From Camelus ferus (Eukaryota): DNA of 64,000 bases. A program made the position numbers and the translations under genes. Under the pieces are notes generated by a model. It saw nothing but the letters and a program-made list of their open reading frames with translations, had not been told where the DNA came from and ran no database searches. The DNA lies in contig NC_045696.1 of assembly GCF_009834535.1 (NCBI RefSeq), positions 110,672,001 through 110,736,000 of the forward strand. Direction: 5' to 3'. Below are positions 50,215-62,925 of the stretch, piece after piece (within the stretch, counting starts at the first letter, position 1; every line of letters starts with the position of its first letter).

Positions 50215-50942
50215 TTCAGCCAACTTTCCTAAGTATCTTTTTTGTTTGCTTTTTGCCTTTTCCTCTTCTATGACATCCTTTTTAGGTATTGGCCAATACA
50301 GTGAATCCTATCTCCTCCATTGCCTCCTCTGCTTATCTCTCTACTTAACCACCCTGGCCACAGCTTCTCAGCTTCAGAAACCATATTCGTACTGCTTTTC
50401 ACTGTTGCTTACAGGATGTAGTTGCAAGCCTTTTCACAATTCCCGTGGTTGGTCTTAATTGATTTGCACAAGTTAGCCAGTATCCTTCTCAAAACACTAG
50501 AACTGAGTAAGACAGTCAGGAAGAGTGGGAGGATTTGTCTCTTTTTTCCCTATTCTTCTGTTAAATGAAGTTCAGCCCACCCTACTCTTTTGAAAAAGAG
50601 TCACAAATACAAGGCATGACCCTCAAATTTCTCTTTCTGGATTTATCTTTTATTGAAAATCCAAGTATGCATTAGCTTTTCTGATACTTTCATAGTGTGC
50701 ACATATCAAATTTACAAATTGTGTGATATATGCATACAATATTTCACAGCTTTTTAGATATCAATAGCTTTTATCAGTGGCATAAGTTAGTATACAAGGC
50801 AGGAGAGGTTTAATGTTTTAGGCATAAGACAAGTACCTTCTTATCAAGCTCCCTATTACTGTTAATTATATGACCTACCTAATTATGTCAAAGCCCAGAT
50901 CCTAAATGAATCCCTAGGAACTCTATATAATTTAGCAAAATT

Positions 50943-51218
50943 GGACTGTTTCCAATATAGTAGCCACTAACCCCACGTGGTTATTGAACACTTGAAACAA
51001 AGTTATAAAACACACCAGATCTAATATGAAAAATGTAAAATATTGCACTAAAATTTTTATATTGATTACATGTTGAAATAATAATAATTTGGATATATAT
51101 TCAGTTAAAAAGACATTAAAATTAATTTCATTTCTTTCTCTTTTTTTTTAAATGTTGCTATAAAAAATATAAAATTTTATATATGGCTCCTATTAAACTT
51201 CTCTTGGACAGTGCTGCT
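50943..51218. mobile_element. hAT-Charlie DNA transposon (MER33-like)
   Basis: ctgtttccaatatagtagccacta...cacgtggttattgaacacttgaaa ... ttggacagtgctg terminal repeat. Confidence 0.75.
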
Positions 51219-51685
51219 TAGAAGGTCTTATGCAGACACATACTGTTGGAAAATACTTTTCAGTTAAGCTGGCAAACTGGAAGCTCCCACAGAAGCATTT
51301 TTCTATTGGACTTGATTTTAATTTCTTATGTGATTGTTATTTGTCTCCAGTAGTTTTTTTTTTAAGTTTATCTCATTGCATACATTTAGTTTTTTGTGTT
51401 CTTCTGTACCTTACTAACATATAGACTTGAAGTTACTGACAACATTTAGCAAATTATGACATGAGGATTTCTTAACATATAGACATATGTATCTGCACAT
51501 ATATAGTTTCCACATTAAAAAAAAAAAATCCTAGCCTGGCTTCCCCTGCTCTCTGAATCCTACCCTAGGAACTCTAATTTTATCATTAATGTGAATGAAA
51601 ATGTCTTTTTAAAGAAAGTATAATTATGTTCATATATAAAGGACTTTGAATGTATGATATTTTATATTAACAAAAGCATGCTTTT

Positions 51686-52213
51686 CTAGGTAAGCAGAAT
51701 TTGCCACCCTAAAATATGTCTCTTTGGCTTATTGTTTTAAGCAGTTTTTTTTTTTCTGAGAAACCGCAGACATCAGAAGTTCTCTAAAAACCAAGTAGGA
51801 CTTGTGCTTTTGTAAGGAACATTACATTTGTAAGGGAAATCTCCCTTTGTAAGGGCATCTTCCTCTCTGATCCTGGAAAAAGAGGACAATAAATCTCTAG
51901 AAACTCTTATTGATAAAGTAGGCAGTGACTTAAATCTGTAATGAAATCATCCTTGTTTACTCTACTTTTCCTAGAACTTCTTGTAACTGACTCTCTCCAT
52001 CCTCAACATCCTTTTGTCTTTAGCTGAGGATGGTATTTAAGGTAAGGGCTTTGGCCATTTGGGCAGGTTACTCCATTTTCCTAGCTTTCTCCTATGTATA
52101 CATGTTATTAAACTTTGTTTGACTTTCTTCTGTTAATTTGTCTCATGTCGATTAAATTCTTAAACCATCCAGAAGAACCTAGGAGGTGGAGGAAACTTTC
52201 TTCCTCTCTAATA
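51686..52213 (+). mobile_element. Solo LTR (MER34-like ERV1 LTR)
   Basis: cagaatttgccaccctaaaatatgtctctttggc start; gtatttaagg TATA-like; attaaa polyA-like; ends ttcttcctctctaata. Confidence 0.7.
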
Positions 52214-52405
52214 CTTCCAGTTAATTATAGGAAGTTATCTAGTTCTGACCATATTATCAGAGTTGGATAAAGAGGGAAAATGAAATACTTGTTCTGTGGT
52301 TTAACAATTTGAAACTGTTATTGAAATATTAACTGATTGAGGAAAAGGCCTTTCTGTGTCCTTCTCTCATTAAAATTTACCTCAACTGCTCTTTTGGCAA
52401 TAAAA

Positions 52406-53054
52406 TGTTACTGAACTCAACTTGGGTCCTCTTGCCCATTGTGCAGCAAAGCCAATCTACCGACTCTGGCTTGTGGTGAAGGAAAGTACAGCCTTTATTG
52501 CAGGGTGTCAAGCAACAGAATGGACAGCTAATGCTCGAAAGATACAAACTTCCTGATGGCTTTCAGGGATAGGTTTTTAAAAGCAAAATTTGGTATGAGG
52601 GCTGCAGTGTGCATGACTTTCTTCTGATTGTTTGGTGGTGAGGTAACAGGGTGATGTTTCAGGAATCTTAATCATTGACCTTCTGGTTCCAACCAGTCCG
52701 GGGTCTACATGCTTGTGGTCAGCATGTACTAATTATCTTCCACCTGTGTGGTGGTCTTAGTTTCTTCAGAACAAGAAAGCTATGTGTCAGATTGTTATTT
52801 ACCTTCCTTTAGGAGGAACTAGGACTCTGTTTTATTGCTGAACAGTTGTTTTAAGCTATCATTAATCTTCTTGCTTGACTGCTTTTCCTTTGTTTCTGCA
52901 TTCCTTCACTTCTCTAATTAGTAACTGCTTAAGTCTGCTCTTTGGAACTCAGGGAAGACCTAGGAGACAAAAACCTTTTTCTACAAACAAGAAAGGGAGG
53001 AAATAGAGGAGGTTTTGTACCCAGGAGGAGTCTTTGGGTTCCTGCTCAGTTTCA
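52406..53054 (-). mobile_element. Solo LTR (MER21-like ERV LTR), copy B
   Basis: TG...CA termini (tgttactgaa ... cagtttca); colinear with copy A. Confidence 0.78.
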
Positions 53055-53233
53055 ATATGAAGATTTTCCAATTCAAATATTATTACTGGTTAATCCAAAC
53101 ACTTCCAGTATTACCAGATTTGAGAAAAATCTAGAGCCTTACATATTTTTTTCTATAGATGAGTTTTTAAGTGAGCAAGATTTCCAATCCACTGTGAAAT
53201 TATTATATTTAGACATTTATAGTCATCAGCACT

Positions 53234-53592
53234 TGAAGGAACTATAAAGTATCCCTCATCCTCTGTAAAAGATGAATAAATAGAAACCTCAAAGAGGAGA
53301 CCAGAAGGAGGAACTGTCCTATCCTGTGATGATAGCAGGGCCCACCAGGAAGAAAGACTCCTTTTTTCCTGGCAAGGACTCAACCAGTAGAAACCCATGG
53401 ACACACTGTTTACTATAGCCCTCCCAACTTCCCTTTTCCCCTCTATAACTGCGTTCTCCTTCCCTTGCTGTGTGAGGGACTTGCACATGGCTTACTATGG
53501 TTGCAGACCCAGAATTACAATTCTCTGCTGATCCTGAATAAGCCCATCTTTGCTGGAGAAATATCTGGTAGTCTGTTTGTTTCAGGTCAACA
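53234..53592 (+). mobile_element. Solo LTR (ERV-type, ~360 bp)
   Basis: TGAAGG...GTCAACA termini; ctctataa TATA-like; gaataag polyA-like signal near the 3' end. Confidence 0.65.
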
Positions 53593-53594
53593 CC

Positions 53595-53715
53595 TCTTTG
53601 AGCCTTAGTTTCTTTGTCTGTAAACTAGGGATACTGATACTTCCTTTGAGAGATAGTAGTGAGATTAAGTAATTTATGGGGAGCACTGCTTACTAAGCAC
53701 TCAAGAGCTATTAGT
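53595..53715 (+). mobile_element. MIR fragment
   Basis: ctctttgagccttagtttctttgtctgtaaactagggatactgatac. Confidence 0.6.
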
Positions 53716-56509
53716 CTCCTCACTATAAGTAGTTAATCTCAGGGTCTCCTGCTGGTATGTATTATTCTTGTGCTTGAGTTTCCTCGGACTCACCAAGATG
53801 AGGTAAAGAGGCATTTAGGCTAGCTATTGTTCAAGAAAGGGGGGAAGTTTGTGTTCACTCTTGACAACCGTATCTGCTGAATACTTGTGTCATGAAGAAT
53901 CATAAAATAATTCATGCCAAAAAGGTGTCATTATTTCTTCATTTTGCATAAGAGAACACAGAGTCAACTTGCTAAAGTCATACATGAATGTTAACAATGC
54001 AAAGAAGACCTAGATGCATACCGTTTTTGTCTGCACAACATAATATTTGAGAAATAAGGAGCCAAGACTTGACCATGAACTTCACAGAATGCCAAAGACT
54101 CATTCACATCTAAATCAAAGTAAGAAAGCATCCCCTAAAGTTGATTAGGTGTAACAGAAGCTTTTACTTCCCATTAATTCTGTCAAAGTTCATTGAAACT
54201 AGAAGGAAAGGCTGTCTATCTGTTGACGTTGGATGATAACTTGCTCATATTATGTTCATCTAAGAACATAAAACTTATTGCACAATTCTTGCTGACTTTG
54301 AGGTATAAAGGTGATATGATTGCTATTTCATGTAAAACAATTTTGCTGGGAAAAATATGACTAACTTCTTTATTTTTCTTATAAGCAGCTGTAAATGATT
54401 TGGCAGCCGCCTACTTAGCATGAAGGAAAATAAAACTGATATTGGAAGTAGTATTTCAAACTCAGCTAGTTAGCTTATTGAGCTATTGGTTCTCAAATCC
54501 ATACTGTGGATTTTACAAAAAATAAATACGAAATCAATGTAAAGCAAAATAAAAGGTATGTACTAATAAATACAATTTGAAAAAAATTTTGACTAATACA
54601 GAAGTAACTCACGTATACTAGTCATTGCAACCACCCAGTTTCAAAAGATGTTATAGTTACTTTGGATCTATTACAGATCTGCTTGTCAGACAATCTTTGA
54701 GAGTGGAAAGCAGTATACCACACTAGGAAGAAACAATGGTTTAGTTATAGCAAGTAAGGTACCAGTTTTTTCCTATTTGTATTCACTTCTGACAGTGTAT
54801 TCACTCATTTGGGGACATATATTTTTTTCTTTTATCTTTGCTCTACATTGTAAGTGTTCAAATCCCAGTTGTAACACTGAGTAGCTATTTAAGCTTTGAA
54901 TGTCAATGAGATGAAGGTAATATCAACTACAGTTGTTTTGAGAATTAAGAAGGAGTTAAATATGCTATCTAATGATGAATCAATATTATTTAATATAATA
55001 AATGATAATAGAATGATATTATAAATGATAATAGGAGAGAGAAACTCTCAAAAATGGGATAAGAGAAAGGGAGATAGTCTAAATGTGCTGTCTTCATGTT
55101 TCATAATATAGAATAAATTAATACTATTTAAAAACCCTGATAGAAGGACAAAGGGAAAGGAACTTTTATAGGTCACTTAGTAAGCACCACTATTGCTCCA
55201 AAAGCATTAACTTCCTCTCTTTCATATGTAGTTTTTATTTCTTTCTCCTTAATTCTAGAAGCAGATAATACAGCATTTGGGAACACTGCTGGATTACACA
55301 GTAGACAGTTTAAGCAAGTGCTTAGGGTACCAGCAAAGCAAAGATCCCCCAAATTAAAAACAAAAAAACTTGGAAAGGATTTGCTAGTCAGTGTTTTATA
55401 AAAAACATCAAAAGAACAATCATGGGGAAAATTAGAATTTTGTTGAGTGTCCTTGATTTCTTTCATGGGTGTGGATTTGGGGACCTCTAATCGCCAATGA
55501 GCTAAATCCAGCTCTAGGTTGGGGAGGGTTTTTTTTTAATCTTTGAGTACATATTCATGGAATAGATGCTTTATATAACTATGTAGAAAATGAGAGTTGA
55601 AGATAAGTATGAGAGATTAAAGGAGAATTACAAGGGAGGGCAATTCCTTTGCATCAGGGGTTTGCCATAAGCCCCACTTTGGTATAACAATAAACTGTTA
55701 CCTGTTCTGTACAGATTTGGAAACTCCTCAGGTTTCAGAGAGCTTATGGGACTTGCCCAAAGCCTCCTAATTAAGTAATTGTTACTCAGAGTTTGAATTG
55801 GAACCCACATCTTCCTGGTTCCAAAATCCAGGATTGTCCAAGAGTAATCAATGATTGTTTTTATTTATATGTAAAATGGTATGCTTTGAGCAAATGGAAT
55901 AGACAAATTAGATTTTCCTCTGGTCCTTGTTCTGTATTCCTTAGGAAATTTAAGGTTTTCTGCCATGACCAGAGCACAAACTGTGTAGTAATTATTATTA
56001 CTGTCAGCAGGTGGAGGAAAAGATGCCTAAGGGGTTCACAGATGATTTTAGAAGAATTACAATATGAAAAACACTGAGAATTTCCACCAGAGAGAAAATG
56101 TGTACAGTAATAGTTATTTACAAGTTTGAGAGTTAAGTTTCCCCTGAGGATTATTAACCTTTCCACATTAAGGAATTTCTAACACATAGACTCAACTGTA
56201 GGCTTAGTTGTATCATTTATGGTCTGATAAGAGAATCTTTCAAAAATCATATGGGTAAATTGGATTTTAAAAGTCTTTAAAAATTCACCAGATCACTAAA
56301 TTTAATGTTCTTCTTATCTTTTTTTTCTATATAATCTTAGAAGACATTTATTTTCTCTAATGAGGATTTTGTTAATCTCTGTGTCTGCCTGTCAGTATTG
56401 ATTACTGGAAAACTATGTAAGTATTATGTTTATGTTGTAAAACAATTTGAGATTTTTATTTTTTACAAATATTAAAATAGATCATTTTTATTCCTGAATT
56501 TAAATCTCT

Positions 56510-56740
56510 GTCATGTTTATTGAGTAGTGACTTTGTGTACTGTGCTAAGGACTTCAATGCATCATCTCATTTAATTTTCATCATAACCCTGTAAAGTTAG
56601 GTGCTTTTATTATTCATGTTTTATTGGCAAGGAGCCCAGGACTTTAAAGAAGTTATTTAGCTTTCCCAATGTCTTATCAGTAGATAGCCACAAAGCCTTA
56701 AAAGTCTCTTGGATTTTAAAATCCATGCCCTAAACTGCTT
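56510..56740 (-). mobile_element. MIR SINE
   Basis: gtttattgagt...actgtgctaagg...atcatctcatttaattttcatcataaccctgt. Confidence 0.75.
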
Positions 56741-57689
56741 ACATTTCATTTAACACACGAGCTTTACTAGCCATGATCACCTCTTTCCTTGATCAATCAG
56801 AAGTCACCTCTGATTATAATTCTACTAAAAATTTATATTAAGGATTTTTAAATGAAGGCAAGACAAGTATTGCAGCTCTTTCGCACTTCGTTTATAGTAC
56901 ATCTCAAAATAATATAAAAGGCTTAGAACTTGTGTTATATTTTTATCAACATCAATTTTATAAAACTATTTTTTATTCAAATTTGACCTATAGATAAATT
57001 ATCTCCTCAAAAATATTGAATCTGTAATTTCAAATAATAGCAAATATGACTTACCCTCATCTGCAGTCTTCCTCAGTTCCAGCCCATTTGTAGCCAAAAT
57101 TAGTAGTAATAGAAATGGGAAGTAAATATTCTGTTTCTAATGAAATCAAATAAATGGCAAGAGGGAAGTGAAACTGCAGAATAACCCAAAATCAACTGAA
57201 ATTAAATTGCACATGGTTGAAGTTGGTGGAGTAAAGAAAGTATTTTCTTAGTTTTCTTCCTTTTTTTTAATTAAGTAAAATGACTATATGTCCGTGTTTG
57301 AGCTAATTTATCACATTATCAATTGAGTTGCACCCAGAGTCCAAATCTACATGTCTCAGGTAGATTAAGAAATTGGGTCCTGGAAGCTGTTGAATCTTTA
57401 CTTTGTTTCCCATAGTTTCATTCTTTGATTCATTCTCTTGTTCTTCCATTTGGTAAAAGATGTCTTGGAAAGAGGGAGTAAGCTAGCTCAACATTGGGAA
57501 CAATCTCACAATATTTTAAGAAGTGAGCAGATGGATTTACTATGATGGGTATACATGAGCAGTTAATGGTGGTGACAACCCACACAAAGGATGAACAAGG
57601 ATAGGTGTTTTTAATCGCCAAACACATTTGATTGATCTCTCTCTCTTTTTTCCTCCTCTCCAGCTTTAATATTTTTTCTTGTTTCTTCA

Positions 57690-57840
57690 CTTTTTTTTAA
57701 CATTTTTATTGTGGTATGGTTCCTGTACAGTAAACTATACATATTTTAGACATACAATTTGATGAATTTTGATAGAGGTATATACCCATGAAGCCACCAC
57801 CACATTCAAGATAGCTAACATTTCCATCACTCCTCAAGAG
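57690..57840 (-). mobile_element. Terminal ~150 bp of an older-type L1 3'UTR with T-tail, abutting the large L1
   Basis: caatttgatgaattttgat...ccaccaccacattcaagatag...acatttccatcactcc, similar to the 6360-6611 element type. Confidence 0.65.
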
Positions 57841-57842
57841 GT

Positions 57843-59200
57843 ACAATTTTGAAACTCCCAATTTATCCCTTCCCACCCCCTTTAACCCCTGGTAACCTTA
57901 AGTTTGTTCTGTATGTCGTGAATCTGTTTCTGTTTTGTAGATAAGTTCATTTGTGTCCTTTTTTTTTTTTTTAAGATTCTACATATAAGCGATATCATAC
58001 GGCATTTTTCTTTCTCTTTCTGGCTTATTTCACTCAGAATCATGATCTCCAGTTCCATCCATGTTGCTGCAGATGGCATTATTTTATTATTTTTTATGGC
58101 TGAGTACTATTTCATGGTATATATATACAACAACTTCTTTATCCAGTCATCTGTCAATGGACATTTAGGTTGTTTCCATGTCTTGATTATTGTAAATAGT
58201 GCTGCTATGAAAAACAGGGTGAATGCATCTTTTAGAATTAAAGCTCCTTATGGGTATATGCCCAGGAGTGGAACTGCTGGATCATAAGGTTAGTCTGTTT
58301 TTAGTGTTCTGTGGAATCTCCATACTGCATGAACTACATTCCCACCAACAGTGTAGGAGGGTTCTGTTTTCTCCATACTCTCTCCAGCATTTATTGCTTG
58401 TGGACTTTTTAATCATGGCCATTATGACAGGTGTGAGGTGAATACTCATTGTAGTTTTGATTTGCATTTCCCTGATAATTTGTGATATTGAGCATTTTTC
58501 CTGTGCCTATTGGCCGTTTGTATGTCTTCATTTGAGAATTGTTTAAGTCTTCAGCCCATTTTTGGATTGAGTTTTTTTATTATTGTTGTTATTAAGTTGT
58601 ATGAGCTGTTTATCTGTTCTGGAAATTAAGCCCTTGTCAGTATCATCTTCTGAAAATATTTTCTCCCATTTTGTAGGTTGTAGTTTTGTTTTGCTTATGA
58701 TTTCCTTTGCTATGCAAAAGCTTATAAGTTTAATTAGAGCCAATTTGTTTATTTTTGTTCTTATTTCTATTGCCTGGGTAGACTGTCCCAGGAGAACATT
58801 GCCTAGATTGATGTCAGAGGACGTCTTTCCCATGTTTTCTTCTAGGAATTTTATAGTGTTTTGTCTTATGTTTAAGTCTTTGAGCCATTTTGAGTTTATT
58901 TTTGTGTATGGTGTGATGGAGTGTTCTAACTTCATTGATTTACATGTGGCTGCCCAGTTTTCCCAACACCACTTGCTGAAGAGACTGTCTTTCTCCATCG
59001 TATGTTCTTGCCTTTTTTGTTGAAGAGTAATTGACTGTAAGTCTCTGGGTTTATTTCTGGGCTTTCTAATCCGTATGTCTGTTTTTGTGCCAATACTATG
59101 CTGTTTTGATTACTGTAGCTCTGTATTATTGTCTGAAGTTTGGAAGGGTTATTCTTTCAGCTTTGTTCTTTTTCATAGTTTGGCAATTCTGGATCTTTTG

Positions 59201-59251
<51 letters not shown>

Positions 59252-62200
59252 TTTAGGATTATTGATTCTAGTTCTGTGAAAAATGTTCTGGGTAACTTGA
59301 TAAAGATCACATAAAATCTGTAGATTGCTTTGGGTAATATGTCCATTTTGACAATATTAATTCTTCCAACCCAAGAACATGGGATATCTTTCCACTTCTT
59401 TAAGTCATCTTTAATTTCCTTAAAAAATGTTTTGTTGTCCTCTGCATAAAAGTCTTTTACCTTCTGGGTCAGATTTATTCCTAAGTATTTTACTTTTTTT
59501 TTTTTTTGGACATGATTTTAACATGGATTGTTTCTTTACTTTCTTTATCTGATATTTCATTGTAAGTGTAAAGAAATGCTAATGATTTTTGTATGTTAAT
59601 CTTGTATCCTGCTACCTTGCCAAATACTTTTATCAGCTCTAGTAGTTTTTTTTTTGTGAAGCTTTTAGTATTTTCTATATATATTATCTCAGCTGCATAT
59701 AGTGACAATTTTATCTGTTCTCTTCCAGTTTCGATCCCTTTTATCTCTTTTTCTTGGCTGATTGCTGAAGCTAGGACTTCTAATACTATGTTGAATAGAA
59801 ATGGTAAGAGTGGGATCCTTGTCTTGTTCCAGATTTTAGTGGGAAGGCTTTCAACTTTTCACCGTTGAGTATTATGCTCACTGTGGGTTTGTCATAAATA
59901 GCTTTTATTATGTTGCAATATGTTCCTTCTATACCCACTTTGGTAAGAGTTTTTTATCATAAATGGGTGTTAAATTTTATCAAATGCTTTTTCTGCATAT
60001 ATTGAGATGATCGTGTGCTTTTTGTCCTTTCTTTTGTTGATGTGATGTATCACATTGTTTGATTTGCCTTTGTTCAACCATCCTTGTGTCCCTGGGATGA
60101 ATCCAACTTGATCAGGGTTTATGATCTTTTAATGTGTTGTTGGATTCTGTTTGCTAATACCTTGTTGAGGATTTTTGTATCTATGTTCATCAGTGATATT
60201 CGCCTGTAATTTTCTTTTTCATTAGCATCTTTGGTTTTGATATTAGGGTAATGGTGCCTTCATAGAATGAGTTTGGGAGTATTCTCTCCTCTTCAATCTT
60301 TTGGGAGAGTTTGAGAAGGATCAGTATGAGTTCTTCTTTGTATATTTGGTAGAATTCCCTAGTGAAGCCATCTAGTCCTGGGCTTTTGTTTGTAGGGAAG
60401 TTTTTTTTTTTTTAATTGCTATATATATTCTATTTCAATTCTAGTGATTGATCTGATCTGATCTAGTGATCTATTTCTTCTTAGTTCAGTCTTGGTGGAC
60501 CATATATTTCTAGAAACTTGTCCATTTTTTCTAGGTTGTCCAGTTTTTTTCTCCCATATTGTTGTTCATAGTATTCTCTTATGGTTTTTTGCATTTCTAT
60601 GGTGTTAGATGTAATTTCTCCATTTTCCTTTCTTATTTTGTTTATTTGTGCTCTCTTTTCTTCTTGGTGAGACTGGACAGAGATTTGTCGATTTTGTTTA
60701 CTCTTTCAGAAAACCAGTTCTTGACTTGGTTGTCTTTTTCCTATTGTTTTTTAAGTCTCTATTTTATTTATCTCCTGATTTTTATTTTTTTCTCTTCTTC
60801 TGTTGACTTTAGGTTTCATTTGCTCTTCTTTTTGTAATTCTTTTAGTTGTAGGTTACATTGTTTATTTAAGACTGTTCTTGTCTTTTGAGGAAGGCCTGT
60901 ATCACTATGATTTCCCTCTTAGGACTGCTTTTGCTGCATCTTATAGATTTTGTGTGATTGTGTTTTCATTGTCATTTGTCTCAAAGTATTTTTTAATCTA
61001 TTCTTTGGTGTCATCATTGATCCATTGATTTTGTTTTGTTTTGTTTTCTTTTTTAGTAGCATGTTGTTTGGTCTCCCTGCAGTCTTTTTATTCTCATTTG
61101 TTTTTCTGTGGTTGATTGCTATTTTCATGGCATTGTGTTCAGAGAAGATGCTTGAAATAATTTCTACTCTCTTAAATTTTTTGAGGCTTACTTTGTGCTT
61201 GAGTATGTGGTCTATCCTAGAGAATGTTCCATGAGCACTTGAAAAGAATATATATTCTTTTTTGGGGGGATATAAAGTCCTAAAAATATCCACCAAGTCC
61301 AACTGTTTTATTGTGTCATCTAGTGTCTCCTTTTCCTTACTGATTTTCTGTCTAGAAGATCTGTCCAATAATGTTAACTGTGTGTTAAAGCCTCCTATTA
61401 TGATTGTGTTCCCATATATTTCTCCCTCTATGTCTGTTAGTATTTGTTTTATATATTTAGGTATTCCTCTATTGGGTGCATGTATGGTAATGAGTGTAAT
61501 ATTCTCATTGTTTATTGCTCCTTTGAACATTATATAGCATCCTTCTTTATCTTTCTTTATGGCCTTTGTTTTAAAGTCTATTTTGTCTGATATGAGTATT
61601 GCTACTTCTGCTTTCTTCTCATTTCCGTTTGCGTGAAATGTGTTTTTCACCCTCTCACTTTCAATCTATGTATGTCATTCACTCTAAAATGGGTCTCTTG
61701 TAGGCAGCATAATGTAGGCTCTTTTTTATTATCCAATCTGCCACTCTGTCTTTTGATTGGAGTATTTTGTCCATTGATATTTACTGTCAATTATTGATAG
61801 ATTTGTGTTATTGCCATTTTGAACTTTGTTTTCCAGGTGACTTGGTATTTTTAATTTGTTCCTTTCCTTTTTGTGGTTTAGCAATTTTCTTTTGCATTAG
61901 CTTAGTTTCTCTTTGGGTTTTGTGACTTTATTGTATGCTTTTGGTCTGTGGTTAGCCTGTTTTTCAAGTATGTTAACCCATTACTATAGCTGTTTGCCTT
62001 AGACTGGTAGTCATATAGGCTCAAACACATCTTAATAAGAATGAAAAAAGGAAGAAAAACATTTATATTTTCTTGCTACCCTCTCCCACCTTTAATGATT
62101 TTGATGTCCCCTTTAAGTCTTTATGTTTATTCTATTTCAACTCATTGTAGTTATCACATTTCAAATAATAGTTTTCTCCTTTCTATAGCTTCCTGCTTCT

Positions 62201-62925
62201 TTTCTGTTTAGAGTAGACTTTTCAATACTTCTTTTAGATTAGGTTTAGTATTGCTGAATTCTTTTAGTTTTTGCTTGTCTGTGAAATTCTTTATCTCTCC
62301 TTCTATTCTAAATGATAGTTGCTGGATAGAGTATCGTAGGCTGCAGCTTTTTCTCATTCAGGACTTTGAATATATCTTGCCAGTCCCCTCTGGCCAACAG
62401 TGTCTAGAGAAATCAGCTGAAAGCCTTGTGGGAGTTCCCTTGTAACTAACTCCTTGTTTTTCTCTTACCACCTTCAGAATCATTTCTTTATTTTTAACTT
62501 TGGCCATATTAATTATAATATATTTTGGTGTAGGTCTGTTTGAGTTCTTGTTTGGGACCCTCTGTCCTTCCTGTACTTGGATATATGTTTCCTTCTTTAG
62601 GTTTTAAAGGTTTTCAGTCATGATTTCTTTAAATACCTTTTCAATTCTCTTTTCTCTTTCTTCTTCTGGGATTCCTGCTATGCATAGATTGGCATTCTTA
62701 ATATTATCCTATAGGTCCTTTATATTGCTTTCATTAGTTTTACTTGCTTTTCTATCTGCTATCCTGATTGGGTGATTTCTGTTATCCTATCATCTAAGTC
62801 ACTTATTCGTTTTTCTGCATTATTTAGTCTGCATCTGACTGCCTTTAGCTTGGCTCCTATCTCAACCACTAAGTTTTCTGATTTTAATTGGCTCCTCTTT
62901 ATAGTTTCTATTTCCTTTTTATAGT
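57843..62925 (-). mobile_element. ~5.1-kb degenerate LINE-1 (ORF1 C-terminal part, ORF2, most of the 3'UTR)
   Basis: EN-domain ORF 60919-61650 (HANGNEKKAEVAILISDKIDFK...FFSSAHGTFSRIDHIL); RT remnant YAAEI; EKDSLFSKWCWENW; ORF1 remnant near 62250-62920. Confidence 0.95.
59204..59248. repeat. (AT)n microsatellite inside L1
   Basis: About 22 perfect AT units. Confidence 0.97.

Noticed and set aside
48526..53054. Two related LTRs as the ends of a single provirus
   Set aside because: The intervening DNA has no gag/pol/env or PBS that I can see, contains older repeats, and no shared flanking TSD was found.
55173..55466. 97-aa minus-strand ORF, with the opposite strand also open
   Set aside because: No recognisable homology or convincing splice/promoter context; length is within chance range.
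60919..61650. 243-aa ORF with endonuclease motifs as an independent gene
   Set aside because: It is a fragment of L1 ORF2 in a frameshifted, 5'-truncated element.
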